Of a stretch of 64,000 nucleotides of DNA, positions 37,947 through 50,000 are shown piece by piece. The stretch is taken from positions 310,001 through 374,000 of the IMG/VR virus record IMGVR_UViG_3300027896_005002; one strand, 5' to 3'. Position 1 is the stretch's first letter. Every line of letters starts with the position of its first letter. The position numbers were made by a program, and so were the translations under genes. Under the pieces are notes generated by a model. The model was not told the origin of the DNA. It worked only from the letters and a program-made list of their open reading frames with translations, and did no database searches.

Positions 37947-38152
37947 TTGATATCTCCGTGTTTATGTATTTGAATAGCTCTTTCTTGAGCTAATGCTTTT
38001 TCTTTAGAAGGATGTCGACCTAATAATTTTTTTCCTTTACTGTCATACAAACAAAATTTACTTGGTTTGCCTTTTTTCTTATCCTTTTGTGGACATTTCC
38101 TGATTATTGATTCTTTGACAAATTCAGATTGTATTTGCTGTAAATGTTTCAT
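37943..38152 (-). CDS. small basic tagged protein
   Basis: MKHLQQIQSEFVKESIIRK...LLGRHPSKEKALAQERAIQIHK. Confidence 0.85.
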   Translation of the reverse strand: MKHLQQIQSEFVKESIIRKCPQKDKKKGKPSKFCLYDSKGKKLLGRHPSKEKALAQERAIQIHKHGDIK

Positions 38153-40422
38153 TTACCTAATAATCCTTTTAATAAATTTAATCTGTCCAAAAAATGTTTC
38201 TTTTTAGTTTGCATATTCTTTCTAACATCTTCAGCTGACACTGTTCTTGACAATTCATTAATTTCTTTTTGAGTATCATCATCAACTGAAGATTCAGGTT
38301 CTTCTTCTGGTTCTTCAACTTCCGGTTCTTCACTTAATAATTTTTTTCTTTCTTCTTCTTTTTTAGCAATTTCTTCTTCACGTCTTTTTTGTTGTTCATT
38401 TCTTTCTTTTTGAGTAATATCACTTTTAGAAATTTCTTCTTCAGTTCCAGTATCTCCAAGTATTTCTTTTATTCGTTTTCGTCTAGCTTCAATTTGTTTT
38501 TTAATATTTGAATATTCATCTTCTGGTTCTTGTTTTTCAATTTCTTCTTTTGGTATTGTAGTTGATTCTTCTTTTGGTTTTATGGATTGCAAAAGATCTT
38601 GTTTTCCTTGACTCTTTTCACTAAATTTAGTTGATTCATTACCAGAAACAAAACCTGATTGAAATCTCTTTTTCGGTTGACCCTCAGCAGCATAAAAAGC
38701 ATCACCGTGACTTAATAAATCAGTAGCATCTGGTAAATCTACACTTTCAGCATCTGCATGTTGATTCAAATGTAATATGACTTTTGACCCTAAATTTGCT
38801 TGTAATTGTCTAGGTATTGCTTTTAATGCAGGTGATTGAGTTGCCAATATAATATTTATACCCGATTGTCTTGCAACAGCAAGCATGTCATCTATATAAC
38901 CTTTAATTTTACTTGCATTTTTATTTACTTCTGGATTTAATAAACTTTTAACCTCATCTGCAACTAAAAATATTTGAGGTATAACTTTTCTTTCTTCAGG
39001 TGCTAATTTTTCAAATGCTACTTTTTCTTCTTCAGTTTTATCTTTTTTATCAATAAATGCATTAAATGACTGTGTATCTTTGAATGTTAATCCTGATTTT
39101 TTGCTTAATTCTTGTATTTTCTTAAATCTATTTCCACTTTCCTTGTGCAAATTCTGTAATGATTTAATTGCACTATTTTCATCTTTTGCAACAGGATCAG
39201 CTAAATATTTACTTCCGTCATATAAACCAAATTCATTACCTTTTTTTGCAACATCTAACATAACAAATTTAACATGATCAGAATCCTGCGTTGCCATTAA
39301 TGAATTAACCATAGAATTAATAAATACTGATTTTCCGGAACCAGTTCCTCCTGCAACTAGCATGTGAGGATTTACTTTAAAATCATGTATGATTACTTCA
39401 CCATTAGCATCTTTACCAAAAGGTACAACTAATTTTTTAGGATTACTTGACTCATTAACAAACTTGTCACTTGTTAATATATCTTTCAAATATACAGTAT
39501 CACGATTTGCATCATCTTTTGGAACTTCAATATTAACCATTCCTGATTTTCTATCTTCAGATATGATTACATCTCGATCTTTCCCAACCATTGAACTAAT
39601 AATATTTTTTCCATCATTACTTAATAACCATCTAGTACCTTTAACTTTTGCAACATCATCATCAAATTTTATTTTAAATGTCATAGAATTAGGTGCGTTA
39701 GTTGCCTCGGCTATATTAGAACCTTTAATGTTTGCAGCAGTAAATGATCTACGAATAGCATCAACTGAATGATCAACTTCTTCTATACTGCCCTTTGACG
39801 GTGGCGGAGGATCATTTAAAAAACTAATATCATTTTTTAATTTACCTTCATTTGCTTTAATTCTATCATTTTTTTGTTGATATTGTTCAGTTTTGTCACC
39901 TGCTTTATCTAATTCTATTTTTTTCTGATTAATAATTTGTTCTTCAACTTTGTCACTCTTGATTTCATTATTAATTGCTTTATCCGTTGGTTTATTTTTT
40001 AATTCTGTCTTTTTAGCATCAAGCTTTTCCTTTAATTTAGGCTGTTTCTGTTCTCGCTTTATTTTCTTAAGTTCTTCTCTTTGCTTCTTTAATTTTTCCT
40101 GCAATTTTGTTAATTTATCTTCTCGTTTAGTAACAGAACTTACTCCTGAAACGCCTGTGCCTTTCCACTGTTTGTACAACTCTCTAAACAATCGTTGTTG
40201 AGGAGAATTTTTATCATAACCCTTTAACGATTTTATTTTGATACGTGGCTTTTTAGCTTTTAAATCGGGATTTCTAACTTCTCTCTCTCCCATTTCTTTC
40301 AAAAAACTACCAAGATCACCTTTACTGGGCGATAAAACACGAGGCGTTTTAATAGTAGCTGCATCTTTACGAGTATATAACTCTGTCATAAACTCATTTT
40401 GTACTAAATCAAAATGTTTCAA
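38149..40422 (-). CDS. FtsK/SpoIIIE-family ATPase with tag variant, no transmembrane or gamma domain
   Basis: IEVP, PHMLVAGGTGSGKS, LVADE, ARQSGINIILATQSP, A.DLLSHGD; TTG start with GGAGG RBS, MKHFDLVQNEF. Confidence 0.9.
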   Translation of the reverse strand: MKHFDLVQNEFMTELYTRKDAATIKTPRVLSPSKGDLGSFLKEMGEREVRNPDLKAKKPRIKIKSLKGYDKNSPQQRLFRELYKQWKGTGVSGVSSVTKREDKLTKLQEKLKKQREELKKIKREQKQPKLKEKLDAKKTELKNKPTDKAINNEIKSDKVEEQIINQKKIELDKAGDKTEQYQQKNDRIKANEGKLKNDISFLNDPPPPSKGSIEEVDHSVDAIRRSFTAANIKGSNIAEATNAPNSMTFKIKFDDDVAKVKGTRWLLSNDGKNIISSMVGKDRDVIISEDRKSGMVNIEVPKDDANRDTVYLKDILTSDKFVNESSNPKKLVVPFGKDANGEVIIHDFKVNPHMLVAGGTGSGKSVFINSMVNSLMATQDSDHVKFVMLDVAKKGNEFGLYDGSKYLADPVAKDENSAIKSLQNLHKESGNRFKKIQELSKKSGLTFKDTQSFNAFIDKKDKTEEEKVAFEKLAPEERKVIPQIFLVADEVKSLLNPEVNKNASKIKGYIDDMLAVARQSGINIILATQSPALKAIPRQLQANLGSKVILHLNQHADAESVDLPDATDLLSHGDAFYAAEGQPKKRFQSGFVSGNESTKFSEKSQGKQDLLQSIKPKEESTTIPKEEIEKQEPEDEYSNIKKQIEARRKRIKEILGDTGTEEEISKSDITQKERNEQQKRREEEIAKKEEERKKLLSEEPEVEEPEEEPESSVDDDTQKEINELSRTVSAEDVRKNMQTKKKHFLDRLNLLKGLLGK

Positions 40423-40464
40423 TTTATATCCTCCATTTTATATTACACACTTATAAATCATTAA

Positions 40465-41829
40465 TCAATCCCTACAATACAATGACGGTGTTACTTTAAT
40501 ATTTTGACTTCCAGTTTCCCATAATGGTATTAAATGCATGTACTTTCGTTTTAATCTTCTCCATATATCTGATCGTTGTTCTAACACATTAATTATCTTA
40601 TCTGGATAACATAACTTAAAAACATTTATTTTTCTTAATGATTCATCACCAATAGTTTGCTTTAATTCGATATATGTACCTAATTTCCAATATTCAAAAT
40701 TATCTAATAATTTAATATCTGGAATATAAGCATGAAAATCTTTATCATTTAATTTAAATATCTCTTTTTCATATTCATAGTGTATATTATTTAATTTTAA
40801 CATTCTACAAAAATTAGCTTCTATTGTACTCCTAACAAAATGACCAACATCTCTTCTAAAACCATAATAACCTCTATTTTGAAATATAAGTGCGTCTGTG
40901 TCTAACATTGTTTTAGTTGCAGTAAAAGATGATCTTTCTACAACATCTCTTGTAACTAATGGTGCATTAACAAATATTTTCTGATACATATTAATAGTAA
41001 GTTTATGTTTATCTAAATGTCTAGCAGACATTCGTTTAACACATTTCAAACAATATCTACAATAAATTTTATTGTTACTATCTTGCAATTTGCTTTTATT
41101 AAATTGATTAATTATTTCTATATAACTATTTATATCAAATTCTTCTTCCCAAATTAATCGTTTATCATCTCTATTAATTTTAATTTCGGGATATTCTAAT
41201 CTAAATTGCTTAGTAGTATAATTATGTCGTTTCAAATGACTAGTTGTCATTAAACCAACCCTAGATAAAATTTCATCATTTGTTTCTTTCAAACACAATG
41301 GACAAACCACAAACTCTTTCAATTGACATTTACTATTTCGTTTTTTATTCTTTCGTCGTTCCAATGTTAATGGTCGACGTTTTTTTCCTGCTTTATAAAG
41401 ACTTTCAGAAATTCTCTGTTTATGTTCTTCACTCAACACTTTTATCTTTAGACTATCCCGCATTGACTTACATCTAAATTTTCTTACATCTTCATTAGAC
41501 CAACTTGCTTTTGCTGCTTTACTCATCTTTTGCCGACATTCATCATCTTTCAATTTTAATTTCATACTATTTTTAGCAAAAACAGGTGCATTATATTTAT
41601 TCTTGTACTCATCTAATGTTAAATTATGCATCTTTTTAATGTGAAAATCCAATCGACGTTTTACAATGTTACATATACGACAATAAATAAATTCCTCAGT
41701 ATCATAATCTCTTTTTCCTTTAGGTATTTTTCCTAACTTTTGTTGACAATCTTCACATTGAACTATTGTAACATATTTAGATTCAACCAAGACAACATTA
41801 CCACAGGTCTTGCATTTTCTTTCAAACAT
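40465..41829 (-). CDS. putative free-standing homing endonuclease (Zn-finger repeats, NUMOD3-like, C-terminal PD-(D/E)XK)
   Basis: Three CxxC...H...H..T...Y/F modules, LSEEHKQRISES, RSTIEAN...YEYE...YIPD...IELK; start moved to 41829 because the track ATG lies inside a terminator stem. Confidence 0.75.
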   Translation of the reverse strand: MFERKCKTCGNVVLVESKYVTIVQCEDCQQKLGKIPKGKRDYDTEEFIYCRICNIVKRRLDFHIKKMHNLTLDEYKNKYNAPVFAKNSMKLKLKDDECRQKMSKAAKASWSNEDVRKFRCKSMRDSLKIKVLSEEHKQRISESLYKAGKKRRPLTLERRKNKKRNSKCQLKEFVVCPLCLKETNDEILSRVGLMTTSHLKRHNYTTKQFRLEYPEIKINRDDKRLIWEEEFDINSYIEIINQFNKSKLQDSNNKIYCRYCLKCVKRMSARHLDKHKLTINMYQKIFVNAPLVTRDVVERSSFTATKTMLDTDALIFQNRGYYGFRRDVGHFVRSTIEANFCRMLKLNNIHYEYEKEIFKLNDKDFHAYIPDIKLLDNFEYWKLGTYIELKQTIGDESLRKINVFKLCYPDKIINVLEQRSDIWRRLKRKYMHLIPLWETGSQNIKVTPSLYCRD

Positions 41830-41846
41830 AAAACTTTCTTCATACA

Positions 41847-41886
41847 AAATAAAAAACGGATTCATAATAATATTATAAACCCGTTT
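41847..41886 (-). terminator. intrinsic terminator ending the baseplate operon
   Basis: 15-bp stem AAACGGGTTTATAAT/ATTATGAATCCGTTT (two G.U pairs on the minus strand) and a U-rich tract. Confidence 0.7.
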
Positions 41887-41929
41887 ATGAAGAAAATTTA
41901 CTAGAAATCAATATACTATTATAGTACTA

Positions 41930-42475
41930 CTAGAATGTCAGTCGCCAAGTAATAGTGAGTGTAGCGGTGCTGGGTTTATTCCAGACGGGCATTGTATAAT
42001 AGTTGATTTGAGTTCCACCATTAGCAACTGAATATCCAAAACCAGTACTAGGATTTAAACCACCACCAAAAAGACCTTGCTCAACAAGTGCGCCTACAGC
42101 TTGTGTTTCAGTAAATATTGCTTGAAAATCAACAATATTTGTTCTTGTTACCGATGGTAAAAATGTTATAGGATCAACATAATTTTTAGTTAACGATGCT
42201 CTTGCAATCTCATTAACTAATGTATGTTGCGCCGCAGTTGCAACTGGTGGATTTTGTAAATCCCAACCAGGATCACCAACACCAACTGCTAATCTCATAA
42301 TTCCAGCAACAGTTGATGGATCATCTTGAATAGCCCATTGAGCCATTTGTAACGATGCATCATCAACAATAACATTATGATCTTCACGATGTTCAATCAT
42401 ACCATTATTGTGCTTCATCTCCATTACAATCAATCCACTTTTTATTCGAAAACGACTACCCAAATCTATAAGCAT
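41930..42475 (-). CDS. baseplate wedge / tail-fibre attachment protein
   Basis: NVIV...LAVGVG...TL.NEI.R...EQGLFGG...K......ITWRLTF. Confidence 0.8.
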   Translation of the reverse strand: MLIDLGSRFRIKSGLIVMEMKHNNGMIEHREDHNVIVDDASLQMAQWAIQDDPSTVAGIMRLAVGVGDPGWDLQNPPVATAAQHTLVNEIARASLTKNYVDPITFLPSVTRTNIVDFQAIFTETQAVGALVEQGLFGGGLNPSTGFGYSVANGGTQINYYTMPVWNKPSTATLTITWRLTF

Positions 42476-42487
42476 GGTTAACTCCTT

Positions 42488-42619
42488 TTAAAATTTGCGT
42501 TCTTCAATTCTTCCATCACTATGCTTCATAACACTAACACAAGCATCTGATTTTACTTTTGAAAATTCTTCAGTATTTGAAGGTTTTGACTTTGGTTTTT
42601 CTTTCTTTTTCTCTTGCAT
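42488..42619 (-). CDS. 43-aa hypothetical protein (not in ORF track)
   Basis: ATG 42619 with GGAG RBS, in frame to TAA 42488; fills the intergenic gap. Confidence 0.55.
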   Translation of the reverse strand: MQEKKKEKPKSKPSNTEEFSKVKSDACVSVMKHSDGRIEERKF

Positions 42620-42627
42620 ATTTTCTC

Positions 42628-45600
42628 CTAAACTACTCGCTCAATTTGATAATACAATAAATTATTAACTGTGTTTGTTACTGAATTAGCTCTATTCGTA
42701 GTAAACATTATTTTTACCAAATTAGGCTTATTTGATTCAATCATTACAGCAGATTCATCAACAATTGTCTGTATTAATTCATCTATCTCAGTTACAAGAT
42801 CTGAAAATACTACTTCCTCAGGAATTTCAATATGTGTTGTAATCGTTAATGTTGTTCCATAAAAATTATCTTGAATCCCTGATGTTAAAATTGTTTCATT
42901 TCTTGATTCAATATAATTTGAATAACCTGTTTCCTCAGTTAATGGAAATTTCCGTTCAATAAATGGTTCAAATTGCCATTCTACATCTACAAAAGATTCA
43001 CATATATGTGCATGTAAATCTTCAGGAATATTATAACTAATTATTGTACTAGCATTTGTAATCTGATTCATCAAATACGGTTGTGTCAAATCAAAATGAT
43101 CACCTTGAACCGTATAAGTATTTAAAAGAAAATTTAACTGTCTATATATGACGTATTTATTAAATTTATAGATAATTTTTACGATCTCAACAACAGATGG
43201 ATTGCTATCAAAACAAACTGTTCCTGACAATCCATCAACAGAACTAACAGATAACATATTACCTGACTGTGACGTCATCGTTTGCGTTCCAGCACCAATT
43301 GTTGTCAATGTAATCGGAAATCCACCTGATGTCGCAGATAATTGAATATGTGTTGAATCAATTCTAATTACAAAATATATTACCATTGGCACTAATGGCG
43401 CCGGTAATAATGCTGATGTTTCAAATGTTACTGTGTCATTATTAAACCAATCTTGATCAATAGTTATTTGCGAATTCAAAAGATTCACAGCTGTTGGAGT
43501 AAATTGAATAGAAACAGTAACCTGAATATCATTCGGATTATTAGTTATTGTATTTTCACTCCAACTTAAAATTGGCTTATAAAATGTTGTACAACAATGA
43601 TTTGTACCATTAAACTGAAATGATACATCTTCAGTTATAATTTGAGCTTGTTTATATTTATCTGCACAATTAGTTCTTACATCATCACTACCTAAAAATT
43701 TAAAATCTATTTTTGTTATTTGATCAATAATATTCTTTGTTCTTATAGTCTCAAAAAACAAATATCTTAATAAAAAGAAAGTATGGGCAGGTTTTATCAA
43801 TTTCAGCACATTAGTTGCACTTGTGTTAAAACTTTGCCAATCGGTAAATTTCTTATTATTTGCGTCAATATCAACAGCAAAAGTAAATTGTCTTGCAATA
43901 TCATACAAGAAATATTCAGTAATATTTACTGATAATGAACTAACAGTATGTTCTAATCCTAAAAACATTGTCAATCCATCAGTAATACTTTCAATTGTTG
44001 ATCCTTTAAAAAACATTTGCATTAATGTCAATAATGCTTGTCTATAATCAGAATTTATTGGAAATGCAGGTGATGGCGGCGTCTTCAATAAATAACCCAA
44101 ATTTTGATACAATAATTCAGTAGATTCCGATGTTGATGCATTATAATACATGTCATTATTATAAGATTCTGCTCGTTCTTTTGCTCGAGCTATTTCAGAA
44201 GCTATCATTCTAAAATAACCATCAAATACTGTCGATTCAGTATCTTTATTATACGTGCTTTCTAAATTATTCAGAATATTGCTAATAATTTCAATTTGAT
44301 ATTTATACCATAAATCTCTTGTCGTTCTTGACGGTGTAACAATATCTCTGCAAACAAATGAATATGTTTGTGTCGGCATTACATGAGGACCATTTAATCC
44401 ACTATAAAAATCTTTTGCGTCAATAGCTACATTTACTGTAGCTTTATCTTCAAATATTTCATTAGGAGTGATAGCAATCAAATATCCACGACTTCTTGGA
44501 ATATAAAAGAAATTCTTATTATCGTCAAAACTTGCAAGTGATAATACTAATGAATTAACAATTGCAATATTATACAAATTTATTAAATCAATACTTGGTA
44601 AATATGCATAATTATCATTCAAAATTGTTGAACTAAAATATGGCAATGTATTAATATAGTTGTTAACTTTCTTTATAGTTGAAAATTCATCTCTTGTCAA
44701 ATTCATTGTAGCAATAACAACGCCATCAACTATAATTCTCAATAAATATTCATCCAATGTTAAAAATACTTGAGTTGATGACCCAGAATAATCTATTCTT
44801 AAGGCGTCTTTTACAACCAATTGATAAGTAGTATTTGAAATCTTAACTTTTACTGTTCTTATATCAACACCAGATACATCATCATCAATAAAAAACATTA
44901 CATTTGTTTCTCGAGAAACATCAACTGCTTTATCACGAGGCCAGCAACCTTTTAAATACGGCGCGCTTGAATCAATCGGTGTCAAATTGATAGTCTTAAT
45001 ATTTGCTAAATTTCCAGCAACATCTTTAGCATAAATAACAACACTATCAATATCATCAAAATTTGGAATATTTGCTACTGGCCCAATTTGTACCTGTAAT
45101 GAGTAATACCCACCACCAGGATTAATTGGGCCAACACCAGTATAATTAAAGAATGACGAATTTTTAACAGTTGAATATTCGATGTCATCAACAAATATTT
45201 TAACTGAATTAACATCAATTCCAGAACAAGTACTATCTGTTGATGATAATGGATCATAAAGATTTATTGTTAAATATGTATATAATGTAAAATCTAAATC
45301 AGCAGGAACAACTGATGTCACTATAGGTTTTATTACATCCAAATAAAAAAAGCGCTCAACTGGTGTAGTTGCTACAATATAATTTGTCTTTATTTCAGTC
45401 GCAGAATATGATCCTTTTGTAGCTGTCAAAGTAACAGTATATACTCCGGCAGTATTATAAACATGAATAGGATGTTGTAAACTACTATGTGGCGTTGCAT
45501 CACCAAAATTCCAATTCCAGCTAGTTGGACCACCAGTAGTCAAATCTAGAAAACTGACAGCTAAATTAATATTACCTATAGTCGGAGAACCACTGAAATC

Positions 45601-47061
45601 TACAACAATCGGTACTGTCACTATAATATAATTTGGTTTAACATTAATAGAAGAGCTAATACCTCTTGAAGCAGTTAAAGTAACAGTATAAATGCCAGGA
45701 ACATTATAAATGTGACTTGGATTTTGTAAACCACTATGAGGCGATGCATCACCAAAATCCCAATCCCAACTAGTAGGATTTCCCAATGTTGAATCAATAA
45801 AATTTACAGTTAAAGGAGCATTACCAGAAGTAGTAGAACTAGAAAAATCAGTTATAATATTAACAGTAATATAATCTGTTTTTACTGCAGTAGAAGTATG
45901 TAAACCATCTGAAGCTATCAAAGTAACAGTATATATTCCGGCAGTGTCATAAATATGAATCGGATTTTGATCACCACTATGAAGTGATCCATCACCAAAA
46001 TCCCAATCCCAAATTGTTGCTCCGCCTGTCGTTAAGTCAGTGAAATTTACTGTTAAATTGGCATCACCAGAAGTAACAGAAGCAGAAAAATCTGCTACTA
46101 TAACAACTAAATCTTCATAAGCACCTATACTTGGAGGATTTAATCTAGTTGTTTTAAGCACATCATCAACCGGACTATCAGTAAAATGATGACCTGTATG
46201 TCTGGCTGGACTGCCATCTTGTAATGCATAAGGTTCTGCACCAGAACCTATAAAAAGAGGATCACCCTGTATTTCAGTAATATCTGGCGAAAATGGAACT
46301 GAATGATCTGTATAAGTATAAGCATCATAGCCATTATATTTCAAAACAATATTATAAGAATGTTGAAAATCAGCTATAATATGACCAAATAAAAGCGTAT
46401 TATCAATTGTTATTCCCCCATATGTTGTAACTTCATTCTCAGTGACTATATTATTTCGAATATATACTTTATTAACTGCTTTATTTCCACGAATAGCAAA
46501 ATTTATGTCGGTAGTTCTAATAAATGTATTATTTTCTATTATTATATGATCGACATCACCTGCAGCATCAGTATCTATAAGAACATCACCATAACCAACA
46601 CCATCACAATAAAAAATATTATTTGTGATTATACAATCATTTCCATAATTACCATGAATGAATAAATCACATACTTGTGATGGAGTACCTACAAAACCAA
46701 TCTTACAATACTTCATGTCTTTACAATCTATAATGATAAGACCACCTGAAGTATCATCATTTGTCCAAATATGTAAATCTCTAAGTTCTCCAATATTTTC
46801 AAACCAATTATCTACACCCAAATAAATCTCATCAGTATGAAAATCAGTACCATGCATTGTACAGGCGCCCATTCCATATACAAAACTAGAAGTCACTGAT
46901 TCAGTAATAACTCCTCTAACTTCAACAACATCAGTTGGACTCAAAGTTACACTATGGGCATCCAATCCTACAAAAAGATCATTAAAAGTGAGTGCGGCTT
47001 TAACTTCAGTATCAAATGGCCAAGTATTTGATCCGGTTGCTTTTACATAATAAACAGCCAT
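42628..47061 (-). CDS. large baseplate protein with beta-helix region, three PKD domains and a wedge-like domain
   Basis: Three W.W.FGD...Q.P.H.Y...G.YTVTL PKD repeats; LYQNLGYLL...YR..L...F..GST and LKLIKPAHT wedge-like motifs. Confidence 0.82.
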   Translation of the reverse strand: MAVYYVKATGSNTWPFDTEVKAALTFNDLFVGLDAHSVTLSPTDVVEVRGVITESVTSSFVYGMGACTMHGTDFHTDEIYLGVDNWFENIGELRDLHIWTNDDTSGGLIIIDCKDMKYCKIGFVGTPSQVCDLFIHGNYGNDCIITNNIFYCDGVGYGDVLIDTDAAGDVDHIIIENNTFIRTTDINFAIRGNKAVNKVYIRNNIVTENEVTTYGGITIDNTLLFGHIIADFQHSYNIVLKYNGYDAYTYTDHSVPFSPDITEIQGDPLFIGSGAEPYALQDGSPARHTGHHFTDSPVDDVLKTTRLNPPSIGAYEDLVVIVADFSASVTSGDANLTVNFTDLTTGGATIWDWDFGDGSLHSGDQNPIHIYDTAGIYTVTLIASDGLHTSTAVKTDYITVNIITDFSSSTTSGNAPLTVNFIDSTLGNPTSWDWDFGDASPHSGLQNPSHIYNVPGIYTVTLTASRGISSSINVKPNYIIVTVPIVVDFSGSPTIGNINLAVSFLDLTTGGPTSWNWNFGDATPHSSLQHPIHVYNTAGVYTVTLTATKGSYSATEIKTNYIVATTPVERFFYLDVIKPIVTSVVPADLDFTLYTYLTINLYDPLSSTDSTCSGIDVNSVKIFVDDIEYSTVKNSSFFNYTGVGPINPGGGYYSLQVQIGPVANIPNFDDIDSVVIYAKDVAGNLANIKTINLTPIDSSAPYLKGCWPRDKAVDVSRETNVMFFIDDDVSGVDIRTVKVKISNTTYQLVVKDALRIDYSGSSTQVFLTLDEYLLRIIVDGVVIATMNLTRDEFSTIKKVNNYINTLPYFSSTILNDNYAYLPSIDLINLYNIAIVNSLVLSLASFDDNKNFFYIPRSRGYLIAITPNEIFEDKATVNVAIDAKDFYSGLNGPHVMPTQTYSFVCRDIVTPSRTTRDLWYKYQIEIISNILNNLESTYNKDTESTVFDGYFRMIASEIARAKERAESYNNDMYYNASTSESTELLYQNLGYLLKTPPSPAFPINSDYRQALLTLMQMFFKGSTIESITDGLTMFLGLEHTVSSLSVNITEYFLYDIARQFTFAVDIDANNKKFTDWQSFNTSATNVLKLIKPAHTFFLLRYLFFETIRTKNIIDQITKIDFKFLGSDDVRTNCADKYKQAQIITEDVSFQFNGTNHCCTTFYKPILSWSENTITNNPNDIQVTVSIQFTPTAVNLLNSQITIDQDWFNNDTVTFETSALLPAPLVPMVIYFVIRIDSTHIQLSATSGGFPITLTTIGAGTQTMTSQSGNMLSVSSVDGLSGTVCFDSNPSVVEIVKIIYKFNKYVIYRQLNFLLNTYTVQGDHFDLTQPYLMNQITNASTIISYNIPEDLHAHICESFVDVEWQFEPFIERKFPLTEETGYSNYIESRNETILTSGIQDNFYGTTLTITTHIEIPEEVVFSDLVTEIDELIQTIVDESAVMIESNKPNLVKIMFTTNRANSVTNTVNNLLYYQIERVV

Positions 47062-47088
47062 GTATTACTCCATACTATAATTTTTATA

Positions 47089-50000
47089 CTAACCAACTTT
47101 TATAGATTCAACATTACCAGCAACATCAACAGAAAAATATTTTATATGATAAATTCCGCTCAATGGTACAGTTATTGTAAAAGTTTCAGTATACGGTGAA
47201 AGTAATGTTGGATCTGGTACTGGAATAGATGATAATCTTATTTCATAATATGTCCGTTTTGCACCAGATACATTGTCAATAGCTGTAAATGTAATCACTG
47301 GATTATTTGTCCATTGACCTGAAATATTATCAATTGTAGTCGGCGGATTTACATCTAATTTAAAAACATAACTTTTAATTTGTTCAGTATTTCCAACATT
47401 GTCAACACTAAAAAAGTATAAAGTATGAATGCCTTCAGATGGTATTAAAAATACGCCAGTATATACCATAAAGAAAATACTATTGTCCCATTTATAATAA
47501 ATAGCATTTACACCTGAATGCGCATCAACAGCTGTTAAGCTTATATTTGGATTTGTAACATACCAATTTTCTAAACCGTTAGGTGGACTTACAACAACAC
47601 TTGTAATTGGCGCAATATTATCAATTTGAACAATATCTGTAGCGGTTTGAACTAATTCAATATTTCCTGCATAATCTTGTGCGAAATATTTAATTGTATA
47701 TTGACCTGAAATATCAAGTATTATTGATGCATCAAATATATCAACGGGTGTAGGACTTGTAACAACTACATCAGGCACTAAACCGTGTATATTGTAAGTT
47801 ATGCTCTTAATTCCAGAATTGTTCGGTGTATTAAAATCTGTAGCTGACAATGTAACTATAGCAGATGATACCCAACCAGTATGACCTGGAGCGGGATTCC
47901 AGCCAATTATTGATGATGTGTCATCTGTTGTTACGGGAATAAAAGTATCTAATTTTATGATATTATTGAATCCGACCAACTGTGTGATAGTAGATTCAAT
48001 TGTAAGATTATTATTTTTATCAATTATTGCTACAAAAGCAGTATGTTGACCCTCAAAATTATATGTATATGATACGCCATTGAAGAATAAATGCGGACTT
48101 AATTGATTGTAAAAATCATCAACATAACTAACAGTAGATGTTGAATGTGGTATAATATCAATTTGTTTTGATAACGGTGTCACATTATCCTGAGAAGTCG
48201 TAAAAATATAATCAATTTCAAAAGTATCATTGCCTAAAAGAGCAACATTTGTTGCAGCAAAAAATCTACTAGGATTTATATCCAAAGTAATAGAAGAATA
48301 TATTCCACCATGAATAGTGTTAACAATACTTGAAACTGAAATCATTTGTTCTATAAATGGATCAACTCTAAAGGCTTCAAATGTAACTATATATGCGCCA
48401 CTTATAGAAATAGTTTCTAAATAAACAACTGTTGATGATGATGTTACAAAAAATGTATCACCTTGAACAATTGATGATCCTTTAGCAGCTGCGAGTGCTC
48501 CATCACCTGTATCAGTACCATCACCTGAAAAAAATCTATTTGCATTGTTTAAGGATCCACTGCCGTCAGTCGTTAAATCAATGAAGATATTATTTACAGC
48601 ATCATTATATGTTAATGCTAACTTTAATTCAGTAGATGACACATAAATTGCATAATATGCTGTCATTGTAGTTAACGGTGTCGGTAATAAATCTGGAAAT
48701 ATAGGAGCTATAATTTCAACAACATCACCTGTTTCATAAGTATTTACTGGAACAGTTAATATATCTGTTGCTGCACTTGCAACAAATGATGTTTGTGGAA
48801 AATATGAAATTAATAAATTTTCAGTTGTCGTTAATTGGGTTAAATTTGCATATAATGATGGAATGACAGATTTATTGATACTAACAACAAAAGAACTTTC
48901 TTTAAAAACATAATGTAATTGATCTTCAAATGTTACCTTTATTTCGGGTGATGTCCCGTTAATATACCAACCATCACTATTTGGAGATAACGGATTATTT
49001 GTATGTAAACTATCAACAATGTCTGTTATAATTACTGGTCTTTGATTTATAATAGCAATTTTTGCAGGATATGTTTCAAATGGTTCAACATTACCTGCAA
49101 TATCAGTCGATCTATATTGTAAATTGTAAAATCCACTATCTGCAAGAATGACAATTAAACCAGAGCCTGATCGTGTAGTGAAATTAATATCATCTGCTGA
49201 ATATGTAACTATATAATCTGTGGACGTTATTCTAGAATATGTGTAATTAACCAATATATTATCACTTACGCCAAAAGGTTCTAATATATAAATTTTGTTG
49301 TCATTAAAATAGTCAACTGTTAAATATTGACTTGTAGTATCATTAAATACTGTAACAATACTGTCTATAATGCCACTAACAGTTAATATATTATTGACAA
49401 CATCTCTATCTATCGGTAATTCAGTAACAGTAACAGATAAATCATCAGTAGGTAACAAATATAATCTGAAATCTGTTATAATATTTCCTGAACCTAATGA
49501 TGCTAATTCAATAGCATTATTTGCAATTGCATTAGCATATGAATATGCAAGCTTTATTGCAATTGGAGACAATTTAATAATGTAATAAGTTTGATTTCGT
49601 ACTAATGGTTCTGGTAATGATAGACCTGTCAGTTTTACTGCATCTCCAGTAGCATATTTATAATTAGGTTCTGATAAATCTAAAGTGTCATCTATTATTA
49701 TTGATACAGTAAATAATGTTGGTGCATGACTATTAAAAATTGTTGCTTCTGGCGTTACTCTAACTAAATCGCCATTACCACTAGATGTTAAATCAATCGG
49801 TGTAGGAACAATTGCAATTGCATCAGCATAAGTTGCTGCAAGTTGTAATTGTGTTGCAGACAATCTAATTGCATAATAATTTGTTGATTCAGTTAATGGT
49901 GCTGGTAATGAAGATCCTATAACATTTACAACATATCCCGTTTGATAAATATTAGAGCTAACAGTTAATATATCAGTTAATGAGTCAGCTGTAAATGCTA

